Numbered from the stretch's first letter, positions 47,955 to 57,753 are shown. The stretch: DNA of 64,000 nucleotides from Clostridia bacterium (GCA_017618135.1 JAFZUV010000001.1:1627-65626); one strand, 5' to 3'. Notes: generated from the sequence alone by a model not told the origin. Made by a program: numbers and translations.

Positions 47955-49099
47955 TATCTTCTCCTCAGCGCCGCCTTAGCCGCGATAATGGCTGAAACGA
48001 GACGGTCTACATCATCTTTTTTATTATATCTTGAAAAGCTTATTCTCAGCGCGCTGTCAATTCTGTCGTGCGAAAGTCCCATTTCTTTAAGTACATAACT
48101 GCCCTTTCCTTTAGCGCAGGCACTTCCTGAAGAAACAAACACACCTTCGCGCTCTAAAAAATGAAGCATGGTTTCCGAGCGGTAGCCCGGAACGGAAATG
48201 TTAAGCACAAACGGAAATGCGGTGTCAGGCGAATTGATAACGGCAATATCATTTTTTATTATTTCGCTTGCCGCAAAATCGCGAAGATTGAGAATTCTAT
48301 CATAATTTGCTTTAATATCGCCTATTGACTTAAGCGCCCCGTAAAATCCGCAAATAAGCGGAACCGATTCCGTACCCGAGCGAAGTCCTTTTTCCTGCCC
48401 GCCGCCGAGAATAAGCGGTCTTATGCCGACTCCCTTTTTCAGATACATAAAACCAACGCCTTTAGGGCCGTGTATTTTATGTGCCGACGCGGTAATTATA
48501 TCGGCACCTAAGCTTTTAACATTTATAGGCGTTTTTCCAAACGCCTGAACACAGTCACAATGAAGCAGTGCCGGCGCGGCCGCGCGTTCTATGGCTTCTC
48601 TCGCCGCTCTTACGGGCAGTATGGCTCCGGTTTCGTTGTTTACAAGCATAATGCTCACTAAAATCGTGTTGCCGTCGACCGCGTTAAAAATGCTTTCTTC
48701 ACTTATTGTGCCGTCACTTTGAGGTTTTATCCTTACTACATCAAAGCCCTCTTCCTCCAGCCGCCTTATAGGCTCTGATACGCTCGGGTGCTCAATGGTT
48801 GTCGTGACTATTTTATTTCCGCGTTTTCTTCCTCTATAAGCCGCTCCGAATATCGCTGTGTTGTTTGATTCGGTGCCGCCGGAGGTGAAATATATTTCGC
48901 CGCTGTCGGAAAATAGCATTTCGGCTATATATGCGCGAGCTGTGTTTACACGCTTTTCGGCATTGAAGCCCAATATGTGCAGGCTTGACGGATTGCCGAA
49001 ATCCGATTTCAATGCTCCGCCCATTTCAATTATGGCTTTATCGCAAACAGTGGTTGTCGCGCTGTTATCCAAATAGACAAGATTTTCCAAATAAGTCAC
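47954..49099 (-). CDS. cysteine desulfurase (NifS/IscS-type class V aminotransferase)
   Basis: PLP lysine motif SAHKIHGPKGVGFMYL. Active-site Cys region SSGSACA. Adjacent to thiI. Confidence 0.9.
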   Translation of the reverse strand: MTYLENLVYLDNSATTTVCDKAIIEMGGALKSDFGNPSSLHILGFNAEKRVNTARAYIAEMLFSDSGEIYFTSGGTESNNTAIFGAAYRGRKRGNKIVTTTIEHPSVSEPIRRLEEEGFDVVRIKPQSDGTISEESIFNAVDGNTILVSIMLVNNETGAILPVRAAREAIERAAAPALLHCDCVQAFGKTPINVKSLGADIITASAHKIHGPKGVGFMYLKKGVGIRPLILGGGQEKGLRSGTESVPLICGFYGALKSIGDIKANYDRILNLRDFAASEIIKNDIAVINSPDTAFPFVLNISVPGYRSETMLHFLEREGVFVSSGSACAKGKGSYVLKEMGLSHDRIDSALRISFSRYNKKDDVDRLVSAIIAAKAALRRR

Positions 49100-49222
49100 A
49101 CTTTCAACTGATATACACAGTTATTATACAATATATTGTGCAAATAAACAATAGTAAATTGTCAAAAAACAGCAAAAAAATTCTGCGGCGAACAAACGCC
49201 GCAGAAGAAGCCGTTAAATTTA

Positions 49223-50947
49223 TTACCCTAATTCGTCAGCAACTTGAAATGTGTTTATAAAAGCTACGGTTTCAGGGAAATCGTTTGTAAGTGAGATGTC
49301 GAAATTTGAGCCGTCATAGTATTCGCCGCTCGAGTAGGAATATGCCAGAATGCGGAAAACATTTCGGTCGCCGTTCACAACGCTCTTATCGCCGCTTAAA
49401 AGCTCGTTTTTATATATTTGAGTCAGAGCTACAAGTTGTTCTTTTGATACGATATAGGTGGTAGTTTTATTATCTTCATTTTCATCGAAATCAAGATATA
49501 TTTTACCCTTCATACACTCAATGGCGTTATCAAGTGCTTTAAACCTCTCTTCTCCGGAGTAGATTGTGAAAAGCTCATTTTGAACTTTTTCTATGTCCGC
49601 AAAATACTGCCTTGCAATCCGGTCGCCGTCGTTAAGAGTATATACTATATTAACAAAAGTGTGAGGTGTTTCCACTTCTTTTTGCGTATCGTCGTCGGCG
49701 TTTTTCTCAATAATTGCTTTATGCAGTGCTATGACTTTTTTACTGCCGTTTCCGCCAACAGTTAAATTCTCGGCGCCGAAGCTGACATAAGTTTCTTTAA
49801 TGTCTTTCAATTCCGGCACTTTTTTTCCAAATCCCAATGCGCCGTTTATTATAATCGAAAGTATTATTACATAAATCACGGTTGATACAGCGCCGAAAAC
49901 CAGGGAACTGCGAAACTTTTTAAAGCTTCGGTCGGTTACGGCTCCGTAAACAACGGTTGTTATCAGAGCGCCCGCTATAAACGAAATGCCGCCTATAATG
50001 CTTATGTCGTCGGCGTCTCCCGTTAAAATGAATATACGGCTTAAAAGAAAGCCGCCGCATATTCCGGCAAGCACGCTGCAAACAGCATACAGGAATTTAT
50101 AAGCGTACGCCTGTTCCGCGCGTTCTGATTTTCTGTGATTGTAAAGCACTACCGAAACGGCAAGAAATATTGCCGCAAATAACAAGGTTTTAAATATAAA
50201 TTCGCTGTTTTCCGCGAGTGAAAAAGGAGCGCTTTTTTCTCCGAGAGCAAATTCCACCGCGCCTGAGCCGCAGTAAACGAGAACAGATATATTTTTAAGG
50301 ATTTGGTTTATGTTTTCGCTTGAATAACCGGTAAGGTGTCTATCCGCAATACTCGATATTATTGAGCCGATTGCCAAAACGGCGACATTAAATCCTGCAA
50401 AAGATATAACGAGGTCAAAAGCACTGCCGGCGCAAACTATAAATATGAGCGTATACGCCGATACCGTGATAATACACAGAATATTGATAATATAAGCTGA
50501 AGCTATTTGCCCGAATGTACCGAGAGCGTAGGAGGGGTAAAACGCCGTGAGCGCCCAAAGGGACAAATAACCTACGGTAAGCGGTATAAGTACGCTTACA
50601 AAGCTTGCCGCCGCGCGCGAAAGCAAAAGTCTTATTCTTGTAAGGGGTAATGCATGGAAAACATCGCTTGAACTCTTTTTGTACAGGTAACAAAAGCTGA
50701 TATAATTAGCTATTGTGATTATAACAGACGATATAACTCCGCAAACGCCGAAGAAGACAGACAGGTATTCGGGATTATTATAGTCCTGGGGGCGGAAAGT
50801 AAAATTCTGAAAGCTCGCCAGAAGAAAACCGGGACAGAAAATCAGCATTCCGATAGTCATCAGAATTATAATACCCGCATTTTTTGAAATTGAAAATCTG
50901 AATAAACCCGAGGCGGGGCAAAGCCTATTCTTCGATACTTTTAACAT
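49223..50947 (-). CDS. ABC-2 type transporter permease (multi-TM, large)
   Basis: ~10 TM + extracytoplasmic C-domain. Downstream of the ABC ATPase in the GntR operon. Start chosen at MLKV to limit overlap with the ATPase stop (track start 50989). Confidence 0.55.
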   Translation of the reverse strand: MLKVSKNRLCPASGLFRFSISKNAGIIILMTIGMLIFCPGFLLASFQNFTFRPQDYNNPEYLSVFFGVCGVISSVIITIANYISFCYLYKKSSSDVFHALPLTRIRLLLSRAAASFVSVLIPLTVGYLSLWALTAFYPSYALGTFGQIASAYIINILCIITVSAYTLIFIVCAGSAFDLVISFAGFNVAVLAIGSIISSIADRHLTGYSSENINQILKNISVLVYCGSGAVEFALGEKSAPFSLAENSEFIFKTLLFAAIFLAVSVVLYNHRKSERAEQAYAYKFLYAVCSVLAGICGGFLLSRIFILTGDADDISIIGGISFIAGALITTVVYGAVTDRSFKKFRSSLVFGAVSTVIYVIILSIIINGALGFGKKVPELKDIKETYVSFGAENLTVGGNGSKKVIALHKAIIEKNADDDTQKEVETPHTFVNIVYTLNDGDRIARQYFADIEKVQNELFTIYSGEERFKALDNAIECMKGKIYLDFDENEDNKTTTYIVSKEQLVALTQIYKNELLSGDKSVVNGDRNVFRILAYSYSSGEYYDGSNFDISLTNDFPETVAFINTFQVADELG

Positions 50948-51824
50948 CATAACCGAGCACCTCCAATTCATAAATAAACGCTTCCTCAAGGCTTACATCA
51001 ATGCATTCGCAGAATTTCGGACCGAGCGACTCTACAAACGATACAATTTCAGCCTTTTCTCCTCTGGCTACAAGACTTATTACCGAGCCCGAGCGTTCGA
51101 TTTTCATCAAGTCAAGTTTGTCAAAGACCTGAGTTTCCGGCACAGAATCAAATACCGCCTGGATTTTATGTATCTTTTCCCGTACCTCGTCAACACCGCC
51201 GTCGGCTATAAGCTTGCCGCCATGGAGAAGGGAAATATGGTCGCACATATCCTCAATCTCCCGTAGGTTATGCGAGGCGATGATAACCGTCATACCAAGC
51301 TTTCCGGTTGAGTCGATTATTATGTTTGAAAGGGTCTTTCGCATTACCACATCAAGTCCGTCAAACGCTTCGTCTAAAAGCAGATATCGCGGTTTTGCCG
51401 ATAGCATAAGAATAAGCGCCGCCTGCCTGCGCATACCTTTAGAAAAAGTTGAAAGGCGCGCGGTCTCGCTCAGCGGGAAAACGCTGAGAAGATACTTGTA
51501 AGTTTCACTGTCGAAATTTTTGTATGTATTCTTATAAAAGAGAGCCATTTCCTTAAGATTTGATTGAGGCAGGAAATACGGCGTGTCGCCTAAAAAAGCT
51601 ATCTGTGATTTTACGCTTGGGTTATTAAAACTCGGTATTCCGTCAATTCCCACCCGACCGCCGTCAGGACTGTAAACACCGCTTATACAGCGAAGAAGCG
51701 TGGATTTTCCCGAGCCGTTGGAGCCTACAAGACCATAAACGCATCCGTCGCCGATTTCAAAGCATATACCGTCAAGTGCTAAAGTTCCGTCAAATGTTTT
51801 TGTGAGATTCTGAGCCGTCAGCAT
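50925..51824 (-). CDS. ABC transporter ATP-binding protein
   Basis: Walker A GLVGSNGSGKSTLL, signature SKGMRRQAALI, Walker B LLLDEAFDGLD. Confidence 0.85.
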   Translation of the reverse strand: MLTAQNLTKTFDGTLALDGICFEIGDGCVYGLVGSNGSGKSTLLRCISGVYSPDGGRVGIDGIPSFNNPSVKSQIAFLGDTPYFLPQSNLKEMALFYKNTYKNFDSETYKYLLSVFPLSETARLSTFSKGMRRQAALILMLSAKPRYLLLDEAFDGLDVVMRKTLSNIIIDSTGKLGMTVIIASHNLREIEDMCDHISLLHGGKLIADGGVDEVREKIHKIQAVFDSVPETQVFDKLDLMKIERSGSVISLVARGEKAEIVSFVESLGPKFCECIDVSLEEAFIYELEVLGYDVKSIEE

Positions 51825-52192
51825 TTCTTTTCCTCCTTATATATATCGTTGATAGTTTTGGTAATATCGGAAATATCAAGTCCCAATTCCCGCGCCGCCT
51901 TAACCGCCGCGCGAAAATCATTCCTTGCCTTATTTATTACCGCACGGTGCGCCTGCTCATCGTCTGATACAAATGAGCCTCGCCCTTTTACCGAATAAAT
52001 TATGCCGCCGGACTCTAAAACAGCGTATGCCTTTTGAACGGTATTCGGGTTCACGCTGAACTTAAGCGCCAGCGAGCGAACGCTTGGCATCTGGTCGCCC
52101 GCGGATATGAGCCCTAAAGCCTTCATTTTAATAAAGCCGTTTACTATCTGGTCGCAAATAGGAACGCCGCTTTTAAGGTCCAATTCGAACAT
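51818..52192 (-). CDS. GntR-family (YtrA-like) transcriptional regulator
   Basis: MFELDLKSGVPICDQIV...LISAGDQMPSVRSLALKFSVNPNTVQKAYAVLESGGIIYSVKGRGSFV winged HTH. Start at the internal Met preceded by a GAAGGGAGGG RBS (track ORF extends to 52300). Confidence 0.8.
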   Translation of the reverse strand: MFELDLKSGVPICDQIVNGFIKMKALGLISAGDQMPSVRSLALKFSVNPNTVQKAYAVLESGGIIYSVKGRGSFVSDDEQAHRAVINKARNDFRAAVKAARELGLDISDITKTINDIYKEEKKC

Positions 52193-52444
52193 ACTATCCC
52201 TCCCTTCTAAGTGTACTATATGTCTTAGTACACTTGTATCATACCACCGCCGTTTCAATTTGTCAACCCTTATTTTCTTTTTCAGACGGCACAGGCGCAC
52301 CTATGGTCTGGCATCTGACATCTGCCGTCTGATATCGGATTTGCCGCAAGCGCAACGGTATGCCGATTAAAACTGTTGACTAACATATGGATAAATGGTA
52401 TCATACTTCCGTAATACAAATGTAAAGCTCCGGAGGTTTTATTT

Positions 52445-55054
52445 ATGAAAAAGATTCTGGCAATTATACTGTCGGTGGCGGTACTGTCATCACTATTTAT
52501 TCCGGCGTCGTCGGTATTGGCTTATTCATTCGATGAAATCAGCCGTATCGAGGTAGACGCTGTTTCTGTTATCGAGCACGGAAAGGGAGAAGCAGCCCGG
52601 GATGATTACGGTAATGAATACTGGTATTATTACGGTTTTGACCCCGGTGGCTATACCGTATATTACACCAATGGTTATTTTGAATGGAATTATGTGTACG
52701 AGGGCATCAATATAAACGGTGAATGGTATTGGCTTGATTATGATCTGTACGAGGCTCAGCAAAATTCTCATTGGACGGTCGGCAATACCTACACCGTGGA
52801 TTGTTCATTTGCGGGGATTGAAACCGTCTTTAATGTAAATATCATTCCAAATCCCGTAGAGCGGATAGAAGCGGAGAATATATCGCTGATAGAGGGAACG
52901 AACGGCTATTTCGATTATGATGAAAACGATTCGTTCTGGTTTTATCATCCCGAAACCACATATACTGTGTATTTTAATGACGGAAGACCATCAAAAACGA
53001 TATATTATGATCGTTATTATGACCCATATGTTTACATTGAAGGCTTATGTTATTATATAAAATATGATTGGTACGGTCAGTATGAGTCTCATTGGACGGT
53101 CGGCAATACCTATACCGTCGCTTGCTCTGTCGCCGGAGTAGAGGGCAGTTACAATATAAGCATTGTAAAAAATCCGGTTACGGCTGTATCGGTAGAGGAT
53201 GTTGCCGTTATAGACCACGCCGGCGGAGAGATACTCACAGATGAAAGCGGTAATGAGTATTACCAATATTACGGCATAAGTCCCAGTTTTACTGTATATT
53301 TTAATGACGGTACACCGTCGCAGACCTCGGATGAGGAAGGCGGCGTTCAGATTTACGGTAGATGGTATTATCTTAATCATAGTACATACGAAACCCAGCG
53401 GCAACTTCATTGGGAATTAAACGGAACCTATGCGGTGCCCTGCTCTTTTATCGGAATGGAAAGCAGCTTTAATGTAACGGTCATTCCAAACCCGGTATCC
53501 CATATAGTTGTAGAAGATGTTGCAGTATATGAATTTTTGGATAGCAGTACTGAATATTACGGCGAAAGCTCATACACCTATTATAGTGTAAGCACACCTC
53601 GCTGCACGGTATATTTTAATGACGGTACACCGTCGCAGACCTCGGTTGACGGAGTGGTTAATATAGCGGGGTATGATTATTATATTGACTATGATACTTC
53701 GTCACAGCAAGATAATCCTTGGGCGGTAAACGGAACCTATGCGGTGCCCTGCTGGCTTGCCGGAGTGGAAAGCAGCTTTAATGTAACCGTTTTACCTATA
53801 AGCGCTATAAACGGATATGTTTCCCGCTTTTCATCTGTTACGCTTAATACGCCGGTGAATGCCAATGTAAATCGGAATGATGTATTATCAAGGGTATATA
53901 AATTCACGCCGTACAGTGACGGTACATATGCGTTTGAGTCTACAGGGAACGAAAGCGACCCATGGCTTAAATTATATGATGAAGATTTCAATATGGTAGA
54001 CGGAGATGACGACGGTGGTGACAGCTATAATTTCTGCCTTGAAACCGAGCTTGAAGCCGGCAAGACATATTATTTAACATTCTATATGTATAACGGCAGC
54101 AGATTTACCTTTAATGTCACAAAATCCGCTTTCGATTGTACTCATTCACGCACCGAGCTTAAAAACCGCAAAAACGCCACCTGCACGGCAGAGGGCTATA
54201 CGGGCGACAGATGCTGTGCCGATTGCGGCGAGGTATTAGAGCGCGGTTCGGCGATACCCGCGACGGGGCATTTAAATACCGAGATAAGAAACGCTAAGGC
54301 GGCAACCTGCACAGCCGAAGGCTATACGGGTGATACATACTGTAAAGAATGTAACACATTACTAAGCAGAGGTAATGCGTCTGCCGCGCTCGGTCATAAC
54401 GGCGTTTGGAGGGTGACAACCGCTCCAACGCTTACGGAAGAGGGCGAAAGGCGAAATATCTGCACAAACTGCAGTAAGGTATTGGATAATGAAATAATCC
54501 CGGCGCTCGGCGCAACCTATGATACAGATAACGCCATAAAGGGCGAAACCGAGGATATATCGGTAGCGGCGGCGCAGAACAGCGACCTGCTTGATACCTT
54601 AAAGGTTAAAGCCAATATAGAGGAAAGCACTGATAACAGCGTAACCTATGAAATACATCTTGAAAACAATGTTGGTGAGGAAGTACAGCCCGACGCGCCC
54701 GTGCTTGTAAAAATCAAGATACCCGCAAACATAGATAAGAGCAAGCTTAATATTTACAGATTAGAAGCGGACGGAAGCAAAACCCGTATGAAGTATACAA
54801 TAGACGGCGATTATGCGTATTTTGAAACCGACCACTTCAGCATATACGAACTGCTCGAAAAGGTATGCGGAGATGTAAGCGGCGACGGAGTACTCAACAA
54901 TCAGGATCTTGCCTTACTGTTCCAGGTACTTTCAAATATAAATGTCACCGTTAATACCGACGCGCTCGATATAAACGGAGACAATGCACAGAACAATAAA
55001 GATATAGCAAGATTATTCCAGTATTTAAGCGGTTGGAATGTAGATATATTCTGA
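52445..55054 (+). CDS. secreted multi-module protein with C-terminal type-I dockerin (cellulosome-associated; function unknown)
   Basis: Signal peptide. Four ~110-aa modules each containing HW(T/E)VGNTYTV.C...FNV.IIPNPV and TVYFNDGTPSQTS. Three Cys-rich modules CTAEGYTGD..C..C. Dockerin repeats DVSGDGVLNNQDLALL and DINGDNAQNNKDIARL at ~54842-55054. Confidence 0.8.
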   Translation: MKKILAIILSVAVLSSLFIPASSVLAYSFDEISRIEVDAVSVIEHGKGEAARDDYGNEYWYYYGFDPGGYTVYYTNGYFEWNYVYEGININGEWYWLDYDLYEAQQNSHWTVGNTYTVDCSFAGIETVFNVNIIPNPVERIEAENISLIEGTNGYFDYDENDSFWFYHPETTYTVYFNDGRPSKTIYYDRYYDPYVYIEGLCYYIKYDWYGQYESHWTVGNTYTVACSVAGVEGSYNISIVKNPVTAVSVEDVAVIDHAGGEILTDESGNEYYQYYGISPSFTVYFNDGTPSQTSDEEGGVQIYGRWYYLNHSTYETQRQLHWELNGTYAVPCSFIGMESSFNVTVIPNPVSHIVVEDVAVYEFLDSSTEYYGESSYTYYSVSTPRCTVYFNDGTPSQTSVDGVVNIAGYDYYIDYDTSSQQDNPWAVNGTYAVPCWLAGVESSFNVTVLPISAINGYVSRFSSVTLNTPVNANVNRNDVLSRVYKFTPYSDGTYAFESTGNESDPWLKLYDEDFNMVDGDDDGGDSYNFCLETELEAGKTYYLTFYMYNGSRFTFNVTKSAFDCTHSRTELKNRKNATCTAEGYTGDRCCADCGEVLERGSAIPATGHLNTEIRNAKAATCTAEGYTGDTYCKECNTLLSRGNASAALGHNGVWRVTTAPTLTEEGERRNICTNCSKVLDNEIIPALGATYDTDNAIKGETEDISVAAAQNSDLLDTLKVKANIEESTDNSVTYEIHLENNVGEEVQPDAPVLVKIKIPANIDKSKLNIYRLEADGSKTRMKYTIDGDYAYFETDHFSIYELLEKVCGDVSGDGVLNNQDLALLFQVLSNINVTVNTDALDINGDNAQNNKDIARLFQYLSGWNVDIF

Positions 55055-55067
55055 TAAAAAAACAACA

Positions 55068-55140
55068 AAAAATTGCGGCGGTGATTTCTCACCGCCGCTT
55101 GTGTCAGCTTTCATCTGCTATATGTTGTCGGTCATCTGCC
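55068..55140. repeat. small intergenic repeat, copy A (terminator hairpin + CATCTGC tract)
   Basis: AAAATTGCGGCGGTGATTTCTCACCGCCGC...TCATCTGC...GTCATCTGCC. Near-identical architecture to 55960-56020 (AAAATTGCGGCGGGGATTTCCCCGCCGC...CTGACATCTGTCATCTGCC). Confidence 0.55.
55075..55098. terminator. bidirectional terminator hairpin (part of repeat copy A)
   Basis: GCGGCGGTGA-TTTC-TCACCGCCGC with A-run upstream and T-rich flank downstream. Confidence 0.6.
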
Positions 55141-55348
55141 GATTGGTGACTTCCGCCGCGCAAAACTTTATAAACTCATCTATTGAAGGTTCCTTACCGT
55201 CCGGCGCGAGACGATTCCATATCGGTTCCGATTCCGCGGGATGCGATTTCATTGTTAAGCGTATTGCCTCATGCATATCACGCTTCACCTCAGCCACCGA
55301 CACCTTGTTTTCTCTTGCGATCCGTCTTAAGATTTCTCTTGTCGACAT
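55118..55348 (-). CDS. small Spo0A C-terminal-domain-like DNA-binding protein
   Basis: VAEVKRDMHEAIRLTM parallels Spo0A SRVERAIRHAIEVAW. SIDEFIKFCAAEV parallels Spo0A NSEFIAMVADKL. Confidence 0.5.
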   Translation of the reverse strand: MSTREILRRIARENKVSVAEVKRDMHEAIRLTMKSHPAESEPIWNRLAPDGKEPSIDEFIKFCAAEVTNRQMTDNI

Positions 55349-55487
55349 AATTTTTCAGTCCTTTCATAACTTTTTGTTGCTGTTTGCAACTTATAGTTAT
55401 GTTATAACACAACAAGCTTGTCGAAATTACACGAAGACGGTCGACAACTCAAAAAAAAATTCTTTGGGCGTCGCCCAAAGAAATTTT

Positions 55488-55823
55488 TTACAGGAATTTG
55501 CGTTTTGAATGCGATATCATCGTATCAATAACATCATAAATTTTTATTCTGTCCTCATCGGAAATTTTTGAAAGCTTTTCGTGTAAAAGAGAATCTTTAA
55601 CTGTATATCCGTCCTTTAAAACATCGCAAAGAATGACATCCGCCGATACTTCAAGCGCATTCACTATTTTTATGAACGATTGAAGCGACGGCGTTTTTTC
55701 TCCGCGCTCAATCATTCCGATATAATTCGGGGTAAGGTCCGCCCGCTCGGCTAATTTTTCTTGACTGACACTCTTTAACAGACGATATTTACGAATGTTC
55801 TTTCCAACCACATCAAGCTTCAT
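55488..55823 (-). CDS. XRE-family HTH transcriptional regulator
   Basis: MKLDVVGKNIRKYRLLKSVSQEKLAERADLTPNYIGMIERGEKTPSLQSFIKIVNAL. Start set at the Met preceded by GAGGGGG RBS. Confidence 0.8.
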   Translation of the reverse strand: MKLDVVGKNIRKYRLLKSVSQEKLAERADLTPNYIGMIERGEKTPSLQSFIKIVNALEVSADVILCDVLKDGYTVKDSLLHEKLSKISDEDRIKIYDVIDTMISHSKRKFL

Positions 55824-55959
55824 CAAAGTTCCCCCTCTCAGTTCTTCACTATAACTAATAGTATAGGTAGAAAAACGAAAAGGTAGTAACATATTAAAAG
55901 CAAGATATGATGACTATGGGTTGGGGATACAGCGGAGAACAGATTATATGAAATTATAG

Positions 55960-56020
55960 AAAATTGCGGCGGGGATTTCCCCGCCGCACATATTATCTGA
56001 CATCTGTCATCTGCCATCTA
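55960..56020. repeat. small intergenic repeat, copy B
   Basis: See copy A. A partial third occurrence of CTGACATCTGCC lies at 52314-52331. Confidence 0.55.
55966..55987 (-). terminator. intrinsic terminator after yebC (part of repeat copy B)
   Basis: GCGGCGGGGA-TTTC-CCCGCCGC with AATTTTC on the minus strand. Confidence 0.55.
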
Positions 56021-56025
56021 ATTTG

Positions 56026-56751
56026 TCAGCCCTCGGCTGACAAATTATGCCATACATTCTGAACATCGTCGTTTTCTTCAAGCATATCGAGGAGTTTTTC
56101 CAGCTTCTGTGCCGCCTCGCCATCTACAGAGGTTGTTGTTTGCGGAATGTACTGCACTTCAACCGTTAAAAACTCATATCCCTTAGTTTCAAGCGCGTCG
56201 CGCACGGCGCCTAAATCGTTGGGTGCGGTTATAATCTCGAAAACCTCACCGTCAAAGCTGAAGTCCTCCGCGCCGGCGTCAAGAGCGGCTTCCATTACGG
56301 TATCCTCATCCTTGCCCTCGCCGTCTATTTCGATTACGCCCTTGCGGTCGAACATAAACATAACCGAGCCTGATTGACCTAAATTTCCGCCGTATTTATC
56401 AAAGTAATGGCGGATATCGCCGGCTGTTCTGTTACGGTTATCCGTGAGCGTTTCAACCAGTATCGCAACGCCGTTCGGACCGTATCCCTCGTATATCAGC
56501 TCTTCGTAATTGCTGCCGTCGGCCTCGCCGGCGGCTTTGCTTATAATGCGCTCGATATTATCGTTTGGCACATTGGCGGCTTTGGCTTTGGCGATTACAT
56601 CCTTGAGTTTACTGTTCTCCGCCGGATTGGCGCCGCCCTGCTTTACGATAACGGCGATTTCCTTGCCGATTTTTGTGAAAATCTTCGCTTTTGCCGCGTC
56701 GGTTTTTTCCTTTTTTCGTTTGATGTTATTCCATTTAGAATGACCTGACAT
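56026..56751 (-). CDS. yebC: YebC/PmpR-family transcriptional regulator
   Basis: MSGHSKWNNIKRKKEKTDAAKAKIFTKIGKEI is a diagnostic N-terminus. Confidence 0.9.
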   Translation of the reverse strand: MSGHSKWNNIKRKKEKTDAAKAKIFTKIGKEIAVIVKQGGANPAENSKLKDVIAKAKAANVPNDNIERIISKAAGEADGSNYEELIYEGYGPNGVAILVETLTDNRNRTAGDIRHYFDKYGGNLGQSGSVMFMFDRKGVIEIDGEGKDEDTVMEAALDAGAEDFSFDGEVFEIITAPNDLGAVRDALETKGYEFLTVEVQYIPQTTTSVDGEAAQKLEKLLDMLEENDDVQNVWHNLSAEG

Positions 56752-56787
56752 AATTACTCTTCTTTCAATTTTTCTTTCCGTATTTTA

Positions 56788-57753
56788 TCACATATCGGGG
56801 TTAAGTTCAAGGGCTTTTTGTATGACTGCTTTTATATCCTCATTGCTCTTTACCGTACACGCCCGGCGCCTGAGCGCCGCCGCGCCGGAAAGCCTCGTGA
56901 TATACCAGGCAAGGTGCTTTCTTGCCTCAAGTATTGCGATATATTCATCCTTGTATTTACGCATCTTGTCTATCTGTTCAAGGCAAATCTCAAGGCGCTC
57001 TTTGAGGGTGGGCGGCGTATAGGTTTTACCAGAAAGATATGCGTTTATCTCACTGAAAACAAAGGGGTTTCCCCGCGCCGCGCGACCGACCGACACAAAG
57101 TCGCAACCGGTTTTTTCATACATTTTCTCAGCCGCCGCGCCGCAGTTTATGTCTCCGTTTGCGATAACCGGAATTTTAACCGCCGCTTTTACGGCGGCAA
57201 TAGTTTTTATATCTACCGGCGGCGCATACATTTGTTCGCGCGTTCTGCCGTGTACAGTAACTGCGGCGGCTCCCGCGTTTTCTGCCGCCTTTGCCAAATC
57301 CGGCGCGTTTATATGCTCGCCGTCCCATCCCGTTCTGAATTTTACCGTTACGGGAATATTTACGGCGTCCACTACTGCTTTTATAATTTTCTCAGCCAAC
57401 GGAATGTTGCGCATAAGAGCGCAACCACCGCCGCTCGCAGATACCTTAGGAGCGGGACAGCCCATATTTATATCAATGAACGAAGGGCTGTAATCAAGTG
57501 CTTTTTCCGCGGCGCGCGCCATAATTTGAGGGTCGGAGCCGAAAAGCTGAGGCGCCCATATTCTGCCGCCTATGCTTTTAAGCAGTGACTTTGATTTATC
57601 GTCTCCAAGCACTACGGCTTTGGCGCTGGTCAGTTCACCAACGCAAAAAGCCGCGCCGAAACGCACGCATATTTCCCGCATGGCCCTGTCTGACACACCT
57701 GCCATAGGCGCCAAAGCGGCAAAACCTTCAACCGTTATATTTCCTATCCTCAT
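56788..57753 (-). CDS. dusB: tRNA-dihydrouridine synthase (DusB-like)
   Basis: TIM-barrel Dus motifs LAPMAGVSD, IDINMGCP, catalytic Cys region, C-terminal helical domain. Confidence 0.85.
   Translation of the reverse strand: MRIGNITVEGFAALAPMAGVSDRAMREICVRFGAAFCVGELTSAKAVVLGDDKSKSLLKSIGGRIWAPQLFGSDPQIMARAAEKALDYSPSFIDINMGCPAPKVSASGGGCALMRNIPLAEKIIKAVVDAVNIPVTVKFRTGWDGEHINAPDLAKAAENAGAAAVTVHGRTREQMYAPPVDIKTIAAVKAAVKIPVIANGDINCGAAAEKMYEKTGCDFVSVGRAARGNPFVFSEINAYLSGKTYTPPTLKERLEICLEQIDKMRKYKDEYIAILEARKHLAWYITRLSGAAALRRRACTVKSNEDIKAVIQKALELNPDM

Noticed and set aside
56818-57588. 256-aa plus-strand ORF antisense to dusB, and a 114-aa ORF at 57149-57493
   Set aside because: Entirely within the well-supported dusB coding region. 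Arg-rich composition is typical of antisense frames.
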